Source: Eukaryota sp. TZLM1-RC (taxonomy: Eukaryota; Protista; Metamonada: BaSk clade). From it: DNA of 64,000 nucleotides. The stretch lies in contig JAUPSS010000010.1 of NCBI GenBank assembly GCA_040285825.1, positions 186,001 to 250,000 of the forward strand, read 5' to 3'. Position 1 is the first letter of the stretch; each line of letters begins with the position of its first letter. Made by a program: the position numbers and the translations under genes. The notes beneath the pieces were generated by a model. That model was not told where the DNA came from. It worked only from the letters and a program-made list of their open reading frames with translations, and did not search any database. This document shows positions 12,868 to 26,100 of this stretch, piece by piece.

Positions 12868-15335
12868 GTTTTCAGAAAAACGTTTCATAAATTCAAAAAC
12901 GAAATTTTTTCCTCCACCAATGAATGCGGCTTTAAACAAATATTTTGATTTGTGAAAATCCAGGCCTCCCAATTCTGTGCTACAAAAAATATGACTACGT
13001 AAAAAAGAAGAATCAATATCGAGCAAATTAGCCAAACATTTTGTTCTTAATTCATTAAAAATTCTGCAAAATTCGAGAGATATAGATGGTGATGTTGATC
13101 GTAAAACATGAGTAAATTTCCCTGAATAACAAATTCTGAGGAAGAAAAATTTAAGATGTTTTTCAATATTTATATCTGAAAGAACCATCAATTTTTCTTC
13201 AAAATTATCTAAAAGAGAGGAAAGTTGATTTCGAATTTCATCAAAATTGCCTAAATAACAACCTAAAAAACGAAATCCTGATTCAAAATAATTGATAAAA
13301 GGAACACTTTGATCATCAATAATGAGATCAGCAGGCTCTCTACCAATCAATAAACATTTGGAAATATTTAGAGAAAGACCAATTTGATAATAGCGCTGTT
13401 GAACAATTTCAGCAATTGTTCTCAATGAATCAATTGGACCAATTATTGATATGTCATCCATATAAGCAGTTATATAAACATCTGGAAATTCTTGTTTTAA
13501 TTCACACATTAAAGGATGGATAGCAAGGCAGAAAAAGAAAGGACCTAATGGATCACCTTGTTTGACACCAGATGATGATATTAGATTGAATTCCTCATAA
13601 ACAAGAGTCGACTGTGAGCCATAAAAATTGTAAAAGAACGACTCAGCTTCTGGAAAATGAGTTTGAAGCAAGAGCAAGATGGACGACCTCTTCACTGCAT
13701 TAAAAGCGTTTTTAAAATCTAAATTAAAAATATAATTCGAAGTATTTGAATTAAAAAAGACATCAGAAGAGAGTGCTGCAGAAGATGCACCATCAACTGT
13801 TTTAATTCCAAATTGGAAAGGACTAAAAAAATCTTTAGCTTTTTTACCAATCCTGCCAAAAACTGCTGAAGCAAGAATACGAGACAAAGATTCACCAATT
13901 GCAATAGGCCTTATTTTTGATTCATTCTTTTTTAAAGCAATTAAGCGTGAACTTGTCATTTCAGATGGAAGCTTGATTTTTAATGTTAAAATTTTGTTGA
14001 AAAAGAAAACCAAATCATCAATGCATTCAGGACATTGGTTCACCGTGGATTTTAACATGTCAAAAGTAATCATGGATGGGCCAGGCGCTTTTCCAAATGG
14101 TAAGTGGTTAATCAATTTAATTAGTTCATCATTAGTTAGCGGATTTTGCTCCCAATAACTTACATTATTAGGTTTAGGACACTTAAAATTTTCAACAGGA
14201 TGGAGACTCTTAAGTTGAGCAATAGTATTTTCATTGCATTCTGCAAGTTCAGATGAAAACAGGCATTGCTTAGCGGAACCATAGCGTCCCTTTAAAGCTA
14301 ATTTTCGAACAATTTTTTCTTTCTTCATTACTGAAGGACGAAATTTTGATTTCGATGACAATAATTTTTGACCTTTAAGCAAAAAAAATTTCCATAGCGG
14401 TGTTACATCCCATATGCCTTTTTTTAAATTGGTAGTAAATTTTCGAAAACTAATTGAAAAGGGGATGCAAGAAAGAGGACTTACCTGTGATGGAACACGT
14501 ATTGGAGGCCTCAAAAAATCAACAGCTTTATAGGATTCGCAAAAACGTAATGGTCGGCCAGAAGAATTAATGCCCAAATTTTTGATACAAAATATACACT
14601 TATTATTCGGAGAATCAATGGATGAATTTACAGGTACTATTGCTGGAATTTGTTGATCAGCATTATCATCATTTATGGGTAACGAAGAGCGTGATTGTTT
14701 CAAATCAGCTGATGCAGCACGAGCTTTGAATTGTTCTTGTTTTATTTGGGGACATGTTTTAACGTTATGTCCCGGTTGACGACATTTACCACAACTCTGA
14801 GAATGAACTTTTCCAGTTTTTAATGGTAATGGTTTCATTTTTTCAGTTATTTCTATTTTGTCAATTTGTGAGTTAAAAGTAGAAATAGATTTTTGACTTT
14901 TTCCAATTTCAGCTGGAGAAAACAAATTTCGAGAAACGGAGTTGTTAATAGAACGCGCAACAGAACGTAAGGATCGTAATTGTGGTTTTGTGTGTTTTTT
15001 CTGGTACAATGATCAGTTCTGGAATTGAAATTTTTTTGAGATGAATTTCGAGCATAGCTTGTATTGTGGGGAGAGTGGAGAAGTGAAGAAGATGAGCTTG
15101 ATCTGACTGGTAGAATCTTTACTCGGGCGTTCCAATCAGTATCAGAGTCACTATCAGCCAATGGCATCGTTTTGACAGAGAAACAGCACGACTTTGACGC
15201 TATTTTGGATATTGAGTTCTAGTTTTTTGTTTAATGTTTTGTTAGCGTTGAAAATAAATTTCAAATTCTAAAAAAAACTTTGACGCCGTGACAGAAAGTG
15301 AAATATGAGAAGGTTGACTAAGGGAGGGAGAAAAC
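12868..15335 (-). mobile_element. Family C copy with intact 5' end, 3'-truncated
   Basis: ORFs 14853-15167 and 12847-15009 (one frameshift): MPLADSDSDTDW, CGKCRQPGHNVKTC, RT YMDD. Confidence 0.88.
15201..15276 (+). mobile_element. 76-bp tail-only family C insertion in the 5' UTR of a family C copy
   Basis: Last codons, 3' UTR and A-tail, flanked by TSD actttgacgc (15191-15200, 15277-15286). Confidence 0.85.
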
Positions 15336-15339
15336 AAAA

Positions 15340-15862
15340 GATTTAGATTTTAAGAATGCTTTTAATTCTGTAGCACGTTCTTCCATTTTGCGTTTGCTGC
15401 GAAAGCATTTTCCTGAAGTTGAGTCTTTTTTCTATTCATTTTATGGAAAATCATCAACATTGGTCTATGAAAACTTTGACCTGCTTTCTTCTTCAGGTGT
15501 TAAACAGGGCGATCCACTTGGTCCTTTTTTCTTTTGTCTGGCAATTCATCCATTAATGTGCGAATTAAAAGAAAAATTCCCAGAAATAGATATTGTAGCA
15601 TATATGGATGACATTTCTGTAATTGCTCCTATTACAATTCTCAAACAAATAGCAACTTTTATTCAACAGCGTTATGAAGATATTGGTCTCTCATTGAATA
15701 TCTCCAAATGTTTGATTATTGGCCATGAACCAATTGATTTTTTCATTAATGATGTCAATGTCCCCTTTATCAATTATGATCAGTCTGGTTTTCGTTTTTT
15801 GGGTTGTTATCTCGGAAATATTGAAGAAGTCAAAAGCCAACTTTCGACTCTGTTGACTCAAT
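15340..15862 (+). pseudogene. CRE-like RT core fragment (family other than A, C or D; possibly B)
   Basis: LDFKNAFNSV...GVKQGDPLGP...YMDDISVIAP. Confidence 0.8.
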
Positions 15863-16071
15863 TTTTTTTATAAATTGAAATTTATTTTCGACGCTAACAA
15901 AACATTAAACAAAAAACTAGAACTCAATATCCTCAATACACGCATCAACATCATCAAATCTTTTAAGCGCGCGATTTTCATACTCTATTCCTAATTGTAA
16001 CAGTGCTTTGGTCAACATTTCTGGAATTGCTTTAAGAATACTGAAAACAATTCTATTGTGCCAGAAATTGA

Positions 16072-17000
16072 CATCTTTTGAAAAAATGTGACAGCAAGGA
16101 TTTTATTGTTCGACTTAGCACGGCTAAGAAAGAAAATCCTGCTTTTGCAAATTTTTTGATTGATTTGAAGGACAGTTCATCTGCAGTTTTGATAGATCAA
16201 ATTCCCCAGATTTATGGCCTATTTTTGAATGACGACCAATGGACTACTGCTATGAGAATGCGTTGTTTTTTATGACCTTGTAATTTGCCCAATGATTTGT
16301 TTTGCAAATGTGGAGCTGGTTTGACATTATCACATTTATTTAATTGTAATAGATTTATTTCCTATCGTTCTACGTTGCATGATGCAGTCAGAGATCAAAT
16401 CCATGCAATGTGTAATTCCTATCATATTGAATCTTTTGTAGAACCTTTGTTGAGGTCTCTTGATATAAATGAAAGCGTAAGAGATTCAGAATATGGAAAA
16501 CGACGTGCTGATGTTGTTGTGCCCTCGTTGATGATGTCATGAATGTTGTTGATGTCGTAACAGTGGATGTTTGCAAGAAAAATGGCTTGAAAAATGCTCA
16601 ATCCGAAGTATTCCCCCTTGATGACTCCGAATTGTACAAAAGGAAAAAATATGCAAATCCTTTAAAAGAATTGAAATATGTTCGCCATGTAGATTACCAA
16701 ATTTGCCCATTTGCTATATCGTTGTATGGTCGTCTTGGAAAAACTGCTTTGAATTTTATTGATGATTTTGAAAATCTTGTGAAAAGAAGAATGAATAAGC
16801 GTTTTGATCGTCGCTTGTGGCTAAATCGTATTGTTTTTACTATTTTCAAATCAATTCCTAAAATGATTTCGAAAGCTTTGATGTCTGTCAGTGCACATTA
16901 CGAAGAAATTGCTGTTGTGAGGTTTGATGGTGTGGAAGCTTGTTTTGAAGATATTGACTTTTAGACTGTGGTTTAACAATAAATTAAAAATTAAAAAAAA
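16072..17000 (+). mobile_element. 5'-truncated, disrupted family D copy
   Basis: ORFs 16078-16964 ending EACFEDIDF*, with an A-tail at ~16993-17001. Confidence 0.85.
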
Positions 17001-17128
17001 ACGGGATTCTTTTCTTTAGCCAAGCTAAGACGAACAGTGAAATCCAAGTTTTCAAAAACTTTTAATATCTTTTTCTGCAATTTAGCATATGCAAATTTCA
17101 AGGAAATCAAACTCAAATAACTTTTGAT

Positions 17129-19351
17129 ATGCTGAAATCTGTGTGCCGCCAAAATTCCTTTATTATTAAAGATTTATGTTCCTTTTTTCAAGATGTTTTG
17201 ACAATGAAAATTGTTCCACCTAAAGAATTAAGTGCATCACGGTTAGTGGCTTTAACTAAACCTAATGGAAAAGTTCGCCCAATTGCTATTGGTGAAGCCA
17301 TTTATCGCCTGATGTCTTCAGTAATTTTTAACCGAGTTTCAACAAAAGCTAATGAATACTTTTATCCATTCCAATATGGAATCAAAACCATAGATGGAGC
17401 TTCAGTTGCGGCTTTGACATCTGATCTATTTTTCAATTGTCACGAAAATAGTTGCATTTTTAATCTTGATTTCAAAAATGCTTTCAATTCAGTGAAAAGA
17501 GATTCAATTTGGAAAGAAATCAAATCAAATTTTCCTGAACTCGAAACCTTTTTTTATAGGTTTTATGGTAATTCATCTGATTTAATTTTTAATTCTTTTA
17601 ATCTTGATTCTTTATCAGGAGTTAAACAAGGAGACCCTTTAGGTCCTTTCTTTTTTTGTCTTGCAATTCACCCAATTTTGAAAAAATTAAAAGAAGAAAA
17701 TTCTGACCTTCAAGTGGTAGCATACATGGATGACATTTCTTGTATTGGTCCAGAAAATACAATTAATAGGGTTGCTAATGAAGCTGCTACATTATACCAA
17801 TCCATAGGTCTTGAGTTGAATGTTCAAAAATGTTTTTGTATTTCTAGGAAAAATGTTAAGTTAATAATTAATTCCCTTGAAGTTCCATATATTGATTATA
17901 CTTCAACTAGTTTCTGCTTTCTTGGGTGCTATTTAGGTTCCGCCGAAAAGACACTTGATAGCCTTGAAAACTATTTAAATTCAATTAAAAAAGAGCTAGA
18001 AGTCATAAAGACCCTTGAATTGGAAAAACATCTTAAGTTTTTTCTTTTGAAAATTTGTTATGCTGGAAAAATTACTCATTTACTGAGATCATTACCTCCA
18101 TCCCTAACTTACAATTTTTGTAGACAATTTAACAAAATACGTACCCAATTTTTGGCTTACTTAATGTCTGTTGATCCATCAATTTTGAAAAATCATATTT
18201 TTTCTGATGTTCAACTTGGCGGTGTTGGATTCAATTCATCAAAATATTTGACCAAAGCTGCATTTATTGGTGGTGGAAAAAATTTTGTATTTGAATTCTG
18301 TAGAAGATATCCTTTTGCCGAAAATCTTCTTGAAACTACAAATAGCCTATTCCTCGATAACTTAAGAGAAGAAATATCCAGTTTATCTCCCGACTTATGG
18401 CAATCATGTTTCCCCATATCCATTCAAGAAATTCCAGACAGAAGTTTATATTCATTAAAATTTGCGCTGAAAAAGCTCCAACGACATCTTTTGAAAAAAT
18501 TTGAAAGCAAGGATTTTATTGTTCGACTTAGCACGGCTAAGAAAGAAAATCCTGCTTTTGCAAATTTTTTGATTGATTTGAAGGACAGTTCATCTGCAGT
18601 TTTGATAGATCAAATTCCCCAGATTTATGGCCTATTTTTGAATGACGACCAATGGACTACTGCTATGAGAATGCGTTGTTATTTATGGCCTTGTACATTG
18701 CCCAATGATTTGTTTTGCAAATGTGGAGCTGGTTTGACATTATCACATTTATTCAATTATAATAGATTTATTTCCTATCGTTCTACGTTGCATGATGCAG
18801 TCAGAGATCAAATCCATGCAATGTGTAATTCCTATCATATTGAATCTTTTGTAGAACCTTTGTTGAGGTCTCTTGATATAAATGAAAGCGTAAGAGATTC
18901 AGAATATGGAAAACGACGTGCTGATGTTGTTGTGCCCTCGTTTGATGATGTCATGAATGTTGTTGATGTCGTAACAGTGGATGTTTGCAAGAAAAATGCC
19001 TTGAGAAATGCACAATCCGAAGTATCTCCCCTTGATGACTCCGAATTGTACAAACGAAAAAAATATGCAAATCCTTTAAAAGAATTGAAACATGTTCGCC
19101 ATGTAGATTACCAAATTTGCCCATTTGCTATATCGTTATATGGTCGTCTTGGAAATACTGCAATGAATTTTATTGATGATTTTGAAAATCTTGTGAAAAG
19201 AAGAATGAATAAGCGTTTTGATCGTCGCTTGTGGCTAAATCGTATTGTTTTTACTATTTTCAAATCAATTCCTAAAATGATTTCGAAAGCTTTGATGTCT
19301 GTCAGTGCACATTACGAAGAAATTGCTGTTGTGAGGTTTGATGGTGTGTAA
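17129..19351 (+). CDS. Family D RT-RLE polyprotein, 5'-truncated (element ~17113-19417)
   Basis: 740-aa frame: GKVRPIAIGE, YMDD, CKC..HLFN, HDAVRD, RRADVVVP..DVVTVD..KRKKY. Premature stop 9 codons before the family end; A-tail at ~19410. Confidence 0.9.
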   Translation: MLKSVCRQNSFIIKDLCSFFQDVLTMKIVPPKELSASRLVALTKPNGKVRPIAIGEAIYRLMSSVIFNRVSTKANEYFYPFQYGIKTIDGASVAALTSDLFFNCHENSCIFNLDFKNAFNSVKRDSIWKEIKSNFPELETFFYRFYGNSSDLIFNSFNLDSLSGVKQGDPLGPFFFCLAIHPILKKLKEENSDLQVVAYMDDISCIGPENTINRVANEAATLYQSIGLELNVQKCFCISRKNVKLIINSLEVPYIDYTSTSFCFLGCYLGSAEKTLDSLENYLNSIKKELEVIKTLELEKHLKFFLLKICYAGKITHLLRSLPPSLTYNFCRQFNKIRTQFLAYLMSVDPSILKNHIFSDVQLGGVGFNSSKYLTKAAFIGGGKNFVFEFCRRYPFAENLLETTNSLFLDNLREEISSLSPDLWQSCFPISIQEIPDRSLYSLKFALKKLQRHLLKKFESKDFIVRLSTAKKENPAFANFLIDLKDSSSAVLIDQIPQIYGLFLNDDQWTTAMRMRCYLWPCTLPNDLFCKCGAGLTLSHLFNYNRFISYRSTLHDAVRDQIHAMCNSYHIESFVEPLLRSLDINESVRDSEYGKRRADVVVPSFDDVMNVVDVVTVDVCKKNALRNAQSEVSPLDDSELYKRKKYANPLKELKHVRHVDYQICPFAISLYGRLGNTAMNFIDDFENLVKRRMNKRFDRRLWLNRIVFTIFKSIPKMISKALMSVSAHYEEIAVVRFDGV

Positions 19352-19609
19352 GCTTGTTTTGAAGATATTGACTTTTAGACTGTAGTTTAATAATAAATTA
19401 AAATTTTTCAAAAAAAAAGAAATTGAAGTTCAATTCTTTTCCTGCTCTTTCTTTTATTAAACTTCTGAAACCTTCAAGAAATTTAATGCCAGATATTCCA
19501 ATGTTACCGAAAAGAGAAACAGCAAATGGAACCAACTGATACTTGACATGCTCAACACGTCCTAGCTGAGATAAGGGTTCATTGTACTTTTTGATTTTGC
19601 TCTTTTCAG

Positions 19610-22600
19610 AATTTTATTTCAATAAAAATACAGTACATAAAATGACCCTTGTAATACTTCTAACGAAAATTTCATTAACTCAGATGTAAATAATCCTCTT
19701 CTTGCTGGCGAAAAATATAAAATTGCTAAATATGCCCATTTCCTCAGTTAATGAAAATTCTCATGCCTAATATAATTTATGTCCCTTTGTTTTTTCTTTG
19801 CTTGGATCTCTAGGTAAGGCTGCTATGGCTTTCCTGGAGGATTTTGTTGTAGTTGTAAAGTAAAGAACAGGAAGAATTTTCAATCGTGTTTACTGCCAAA
19901 ACAGGATTGTATTTTCTATTTTTAAGGGATAACTGATTTCTGATTCACTCTCTTCTTTTGAGAAATTTTCTGAATCTTTAGCAATTAATGATGATTTTTA
20001 TTTATTCATTTAATAAGGAATATGAAAACATAAAATACACAACTAAAACTCCACATCCTCAAAACTCGCATCCCCTACATCAAAACAATTAATTAGCAAT
20101 TAGCAATTAATTAGCAACATCAAATTTTTTATTTTAAAAATTTGTTATTCTGGAAAATTCCCGCTTCAGTATCTCTTGATTTCTGTAGATCGTTCAACAA
20201 ACTTCGGGTCAATTTTTTTTCTTCATTGGAAGTAAATGAATCTTTAATTCGAAGTCATGTATTTTGTTCTGCTGAATTGAGTAGATTTGGTTTCACTAAA
20301 TCTTCGATTATATGTAAAGCAGCATTTTCAATAGGTAGAAACAATTTTATTTTTGAATTTTACTAAAGGTTTCCTTATGATGTTCATCTGATCCATGGTG
20401 AATCAAATTTTTATTTAAATCAACTTCAAATTGAATTAGAAGCCAAAAATTTGTAAGTTTTGGACTGATGCTCCGATTAATTCAACTGAAGTACAGACTG
20501 CTATCAACAAGCAGTAGGTCCATCTGGTATTTCGTTTGATGTTTTTGAAATCCGCTTGTTGGAAAACTCCGCAAATTTTTTTTTATGTACTGTATTTTTA
20601 TTGAACTAAAGTTCTATCTAGTATTCAATATCCTCCAAACGCATCACTATTACTAAACCTAATCACAGCATTTCGTTCATATTCTACACCAAATGCTAAA
20701 AGGGCTTTAGAAATCATTGTTGGAATAGACTTGAAGATGCAAAAAACAATTCTACTTAACCAGAAAGTGTAATTCATTTATTTACGAGATCTATTCAGTA
20801 AAACTTTTTGGAAGTTTTCAAAAAAGTGTAACCCTGAAGGTCCAATATTGCCAAATAGAGAAATTGCAAACGGCACAAACAGATATTTCACATGTTCGGC
20901 TCTACCTAATTGTGCAAATGGTTCTTCAGAAATTTGTGATGATCTTGCAGAATAATTTCAAAATCTGGTTTGTCTCAATACCATTCCTCCGACTGAATTA
21001 CTAGCCGCTCGATTGATTGTCTTGGTAAAATTTGGAAATGGTAAGAAGCCAGATGGAATTCGTCCAATTGCCATTGGCGAATCAATTACTCGTCTTTTTG
21101 CTCCAATTGTTTTTAATCCTGTTGCTTCGAAAATTGCAAAATTTTTAGCACCTTTTCAATTTGGAATTAAAACAATTAATGGTGCATCAGTTGCTGCCTT
21201 GACTTCTGATTGATTTTTTTAATTCTAATGATCAGAATTATATTTTCAATTTAGATTTTAAAAATGCTGTTAATTCTGTACATTTTTTTAACAAGCTTCA
21301 ACTTGGTACTGAGCTTCAATTATTTTTTTTGATACCTATTTTATTCAAACAAAATTGTAAAAAAACTAAACAATCAATCTCCTCAAACTGCACATCTACT
21401 ATTGAAAACTTACCTACAGCATTTTCTTCAAAAAAATCTTTCTAGTGATAACAACGAGCTAGAAACAAGGCTATACATTCCTTTTCAAAATAGAAAATAC
21501 AATTCTATTTTGCCAAAAGGTTCGGTCAAATATTTTTCCAATTCTGTTTTTGACAATAGATGAAAAATCGTCTATAAAAGATAACGCAGTTTTACCCAAG
21601 GTTCCAAATAGGGAAAAAGCAAAGGGCAAAGAAGGTATTGAGTATGTGAGTTGGAATTCAAATTATTGATTTTTTCAGCATACTTGATAATTTTCGCTTC
21701 TTCAGCTTTTTTCTTCTTCTTCAGCTCTACGTAAAGTTGAATTATAAGATTGTGCCAGTTTTTCATTTGAGCTGTTTGATACATCAGTAGATCTGACATC
21801 AATAATGATCATTGATTCATCAAATCCGGGAACTAGCACATGACCACGGCTGTCACCAAAAAAATTTCTGTCAGATTCATCAGCCAAAATTTGAAAGCAA
21901 AGGTTGTGAAAAAAAATTCAATCTTGTAGGACTTGAACATACAATAAAGCTGATCACGACTTGCATCATGCACTTTTGATCTAAAAGTAATAAAACGATT
22001 ACAATTAAATAAATGGGTTGGAGTGACAGTCTTTCCACATTTACAAATTAAACCATGAGGAAGATTATCAGGCCAAATAAAAGATCGAAGACGCATAGAT
22101 AACAAAAAGCAAGGGTCATTGAGAAACAAACCATAAACTCTTGGTACTTGATTAATCAAACAAGAGGCAGAACTATCATAAACATCCATTAAAAAATTTG
22201 CAAAAGCGGGATTTTTTTCTTGGCCATGCCAAGACGTACTTCATAATCCAAGCCTTCAATCATTACTGTCAGTTTTTGTTGACGCTTCTTCACACAATAC
22301 CTTAAATTAACTAAATTTCGTGGAGGAATCTCTTGAACTGAGTCGGGAAAGCATTGACACCAAATTTCTGGTGCAATTTTATTAATAGCAACATCAAGGT
22401 CATACAAATATTTTGAAAATGATGGATTAAGCAAATGGCTATCTTCAGGAAAACGATTCACAAATTCATAAATAAAATTTTTGCCACCTCCAATAAAGGC
22501 AGCTTTACAAAGGTAGCTTGATTTATGAAAATCAACACCGCCAAAATTTGTACCACAAAGTATGTGGCTTCGTAACTGAAATGCATCAATTTCCAATAAT

Positions 22601-22704
22601 TTTGCTAAAAAATTGGTTCTTTGTTCATTAAAAATTCGACAAAATTCCAAAGAAATTGATGGTGATGTTGATCTCAAAATATGAGTAAATTTTCCAGAAT
22701 AACA
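19610..22704. pseudogene. Older, heavily degraded CRE-like fragments, including a family E 3' end (~20580-20925, -) and a B-like copy (~21330-22704, -)
   Basis: Fragmented ORFs with KPDGIRPIAIGE, SRGHVLVP and FWQNRIVF. Confidence 0.75.
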
Positions 22705-23134
22705 ATTTTTTTAGTTTTTTGAAATTTATTTTCAACGCTAATCAAACATTTAACAAAAAGACTAGAACTCAATATCCTCAATACACGCATCAACATCATC
22801 AAATCTTTTAAGCGCGCGATTTTCATATTCTATTCCTAATTGTAACAGTGCTTTGGTCAACATTTCTGGAATTGCTTTAAGAATACTAAAAACAATTCTA
22901 TTGTGCCAGAAATTGAAGTTCAATTCTTTTCCTGCTCTTTCTTTTATTAAACTTCTGAAATCTTCAAGAAATTTAATGCCAGATATTCCAATGTTACCAA
23001 AAAGAGAAACAGCAAATGGAACCAACTGATACTTGACATGCTCAACACGTCCTAGCTGAGATAAGGGTTCATTGTACTTTTTGATTTTGCTCTTTTCAGC
23101 AAAGCAAAGTGGAGTTTCATCTCTTTTAGCAAAA

Positions 23135-26100
23135 TATATATTTTTTTTAAATGTAATTTTATTCAAAACCTATAAATCAACATCTAAAAAATCCATCTCT
23201 CCCAAAACAAAAACACTAGATGCAACTCTCTCATAGTGAGAACCAAGAGACAGCAAAGCATCAGAAACCATCTTCAACATCCCCTTAAAAATAGAAAACA
23301 CGATTCTATTTTGCCAAAACAATCTGTTGAAATTTCTGCCAGTTCTTCTCTTTACAATCATTTCAAAATCATCCAAAAAACGTAAAGCAGTTGGTGCAAG
23401 TGAACCAAAAAGGGAAAATACAAATGGATACAAATTGTATTTTGCATGCTGTAGACTGGCCAATTTGGACAAAGGTTCATTGTATTTTTTGAATTTAAAA
23501 TTTTCAGCATTTGAAAGGGGATTATGAATTTCAGAATTAACAAGCCTTTCATTTGAGGCATTACAAGGATCAACAGACATTACATCCAATAAAATGAAGT
23601 TTCCATCTAATCCAGGTAATATAACATCACCTCTATTATTCTTATGAAAATCATTTTCAGCATCAAACAGATTTGACAACAGAGGTTCCAAGAAGGATTC
23701 AATTCTATGAGATTTACACATACAATATAACTGGTCTCTTACAGCATCATGAATCTTGCTTCTAAAAGTAATAAAATGTTTACAATTTAACAAATGAGTA
23801 GTTGTAATTTCTCGAGAACATTTACAAATTAAATTATGAGGTAAATTATCAGGCCAGATAAAGGAACGAAATCTCATATTCAGAGTCCAAGCAGAATCGG
23901 ATAAGAGAGTACCATAAACTTGTGGAATTGTTGTTACTAAGGCAGAAGAAGTACTGTAACACATATCTTGTAAAAGATTTGCAAAAGCGGGATTCTTTTT
24001 CTTGGCCAAGCCAAGTCTAACATCAAAATCCAAGCTTTCAAAAATCTTTGACAATTTTTGTTGAAGCTTTTTACAGCAAAACTGTAAATTAAAAAGAGAT
24101 CGGTTTGGAATTTCTTGAATTGATTGAGGAAAACATTTGGTCCAAATTTGTGGCGGCAATTTTTCAAGTTCACAAGATAACTCACACAAATAAGGACTGC
24201 AATTGGGAACTAACAGATGAGAATCATCAGGAAATCTACGAGAAAATTCATAAATAAAATTTTTGCCACCACCCAAGAATGCTGATTGACACAAAATTGA
24301 AGATTTAGTAAATCCAATACCACCCAAATTTGCTGAAGAAAACAAATGGCTTTTCAACATTCCCGGTTCTACATCCAATAAATCAGCAAAAAAATTCTGT
24401 TCTCAATGAATTAAAAGAACGACAAAAATCTAATGCTATGGAAGGAGCACAAGATCTCAAAATGTGGGTTATTCTCCCAGTGTAGCAAATTTTAAACATG
24501 AAAAATTTAATATGTTTTTCTATATCTAAAGAAGAAATTGAATCAAGTTCAATTTTCATTTTTTCCAAAATAACTTGTAATTCATTCTGAATTTGAGGCA
24601 CATTTCCTAACCAACAACCAAGGAACTTAAAAGCATCACTACTATAATTAGTAAAAGGGACAATAGAATCGTTTATCACGAGGTCTTGAGCAGAAGAGCC
24701 AATCAGAAGGCATTTGCTGGCATTAAGATGAAGCCCAACATTTTCATATGAATCGGCAATTTCTTGAGCAACCAATTCTAGTAAATCAAATGAACCAATC
24801 AAGGATATATCATCCATATAAGCAACTATTTTTATAGAAGGGTATTTTTGCTTAATGATATTTAAAGTTTTGTGAATAGCTAAACAAAACAATAATGGGC
24901 CTAAAGGATCTCCCTGCTTCACTCCAGAAGATGATTTAAGTGCAAATGAATTAAAAATTAAATCTGATTCTTTACCATAAAAATGGTAGAAAAAACTCGA
25001 TAGCTCAGGAAAATCAGATTTAATAACTTCAAAAATTGCTTCTCGCTTTACAGAATTAAAAGCATTTTTAAAGTCGAGATTAAAAATAAAATTATTTTCC
25101 TCTGCATTAAAAAAGGTATCAGAGGCAATAGCAGCAACAGAAGCACCATCAATTGTTTTGATTCCAAATTGATGAGGATTCAAAAATGTAGAAGCTTTGT
25201 CTTTGACACGATCGAAGACAATTGATGCCAGCAAACGAGAAAGAGATTCACCAACAGCAATTGGGCGTATTCCATCAGGTTTGATTCCGTTTCCAGGCTT
25301 TACTAAAGCAATCAGACGTGCTGCGAGTAATTCAAATGGAGGATTAATTTTCAAAACAATCAATTGTTGAAAATAGTGGGCTAGATCATCAGCAATTTCG
25401 GGAGCACTGGAACACGCTATTTTTAACAGATCAAAAGAAATTCCAGATGGGCCTGCTGCTTTCCCCTTTGGCAATTTTTGAATAGCTTTAAGAACCTCAA
25501 TTGCAGTAATAGGATTTTCAATCCAAAAAGGACACACTTCAGGCTTGCTGCACTTGAAATTTTCTTGAGGATGCAACTTTTGGAGTTTTTCAAGGGTATC
25601 AGAGTTTACATCAGCCAAAGAAGAGGAAAACAAAGACTGCTTTGCGGCACCATAACGACCACGTAAGCACAATTTACGGCAAATTTTTGATTTTACAATT
25701 TTTCTATTTCCAAATTTTTTCTTAAAACAATTTTTGTTTTTTCTAGCAAAATATTTCCAGAAGGATGAAATATTCCACTTATTATTTTTCAATTCAGAAG
25801 TAAAATTTCTCATTTCCATTGAGAAGGGGATTGTGCTGGCGGGACTTATTTCTACTGGGATCCGGATCGGGGGTCTTACGGTATCAACGGCTTTACAATT
25901 CGTACAAAACAGAAGTTTTCGACCATTTCGTGAATCTGCAACATCTTTTTTGCAAAATGGACAACAAAAATTACTGTTTTCAGAAGGGGAAGAAGAGGGA
26001 ACACTAGAAGCATTTAACTGTTGATCGTCAGAAACATTATTTGCAGCACCTTTCACAACGGCAACAGCTGGAACAGAACATTTGAGAATTTGTTGAGCAG

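Larger units (their letters stand above)
15171..23134 (+). repeat. Copy 1 of an ~8 kb direct duplication (copy 2 at ~26662-34622)
   Basis: Same order of fragments and same junctions at an offset of ~11.49 kb. Confidence 0.9.

Noticed and set aside
10329-19351. RT ORFs as bacterial retrons, group II introns or DGRs
   Set aside because: A-tails, TSDs, the C-terminal RLE domain and neighbouring eukaryotic genes indicate non-LTR retrotransposons.
24378-24395. Programmed frameshift or two-ORF structure in family A
   Set aside because: Other A copies (e.g. 10329-12782) read through this point with one fewer A.
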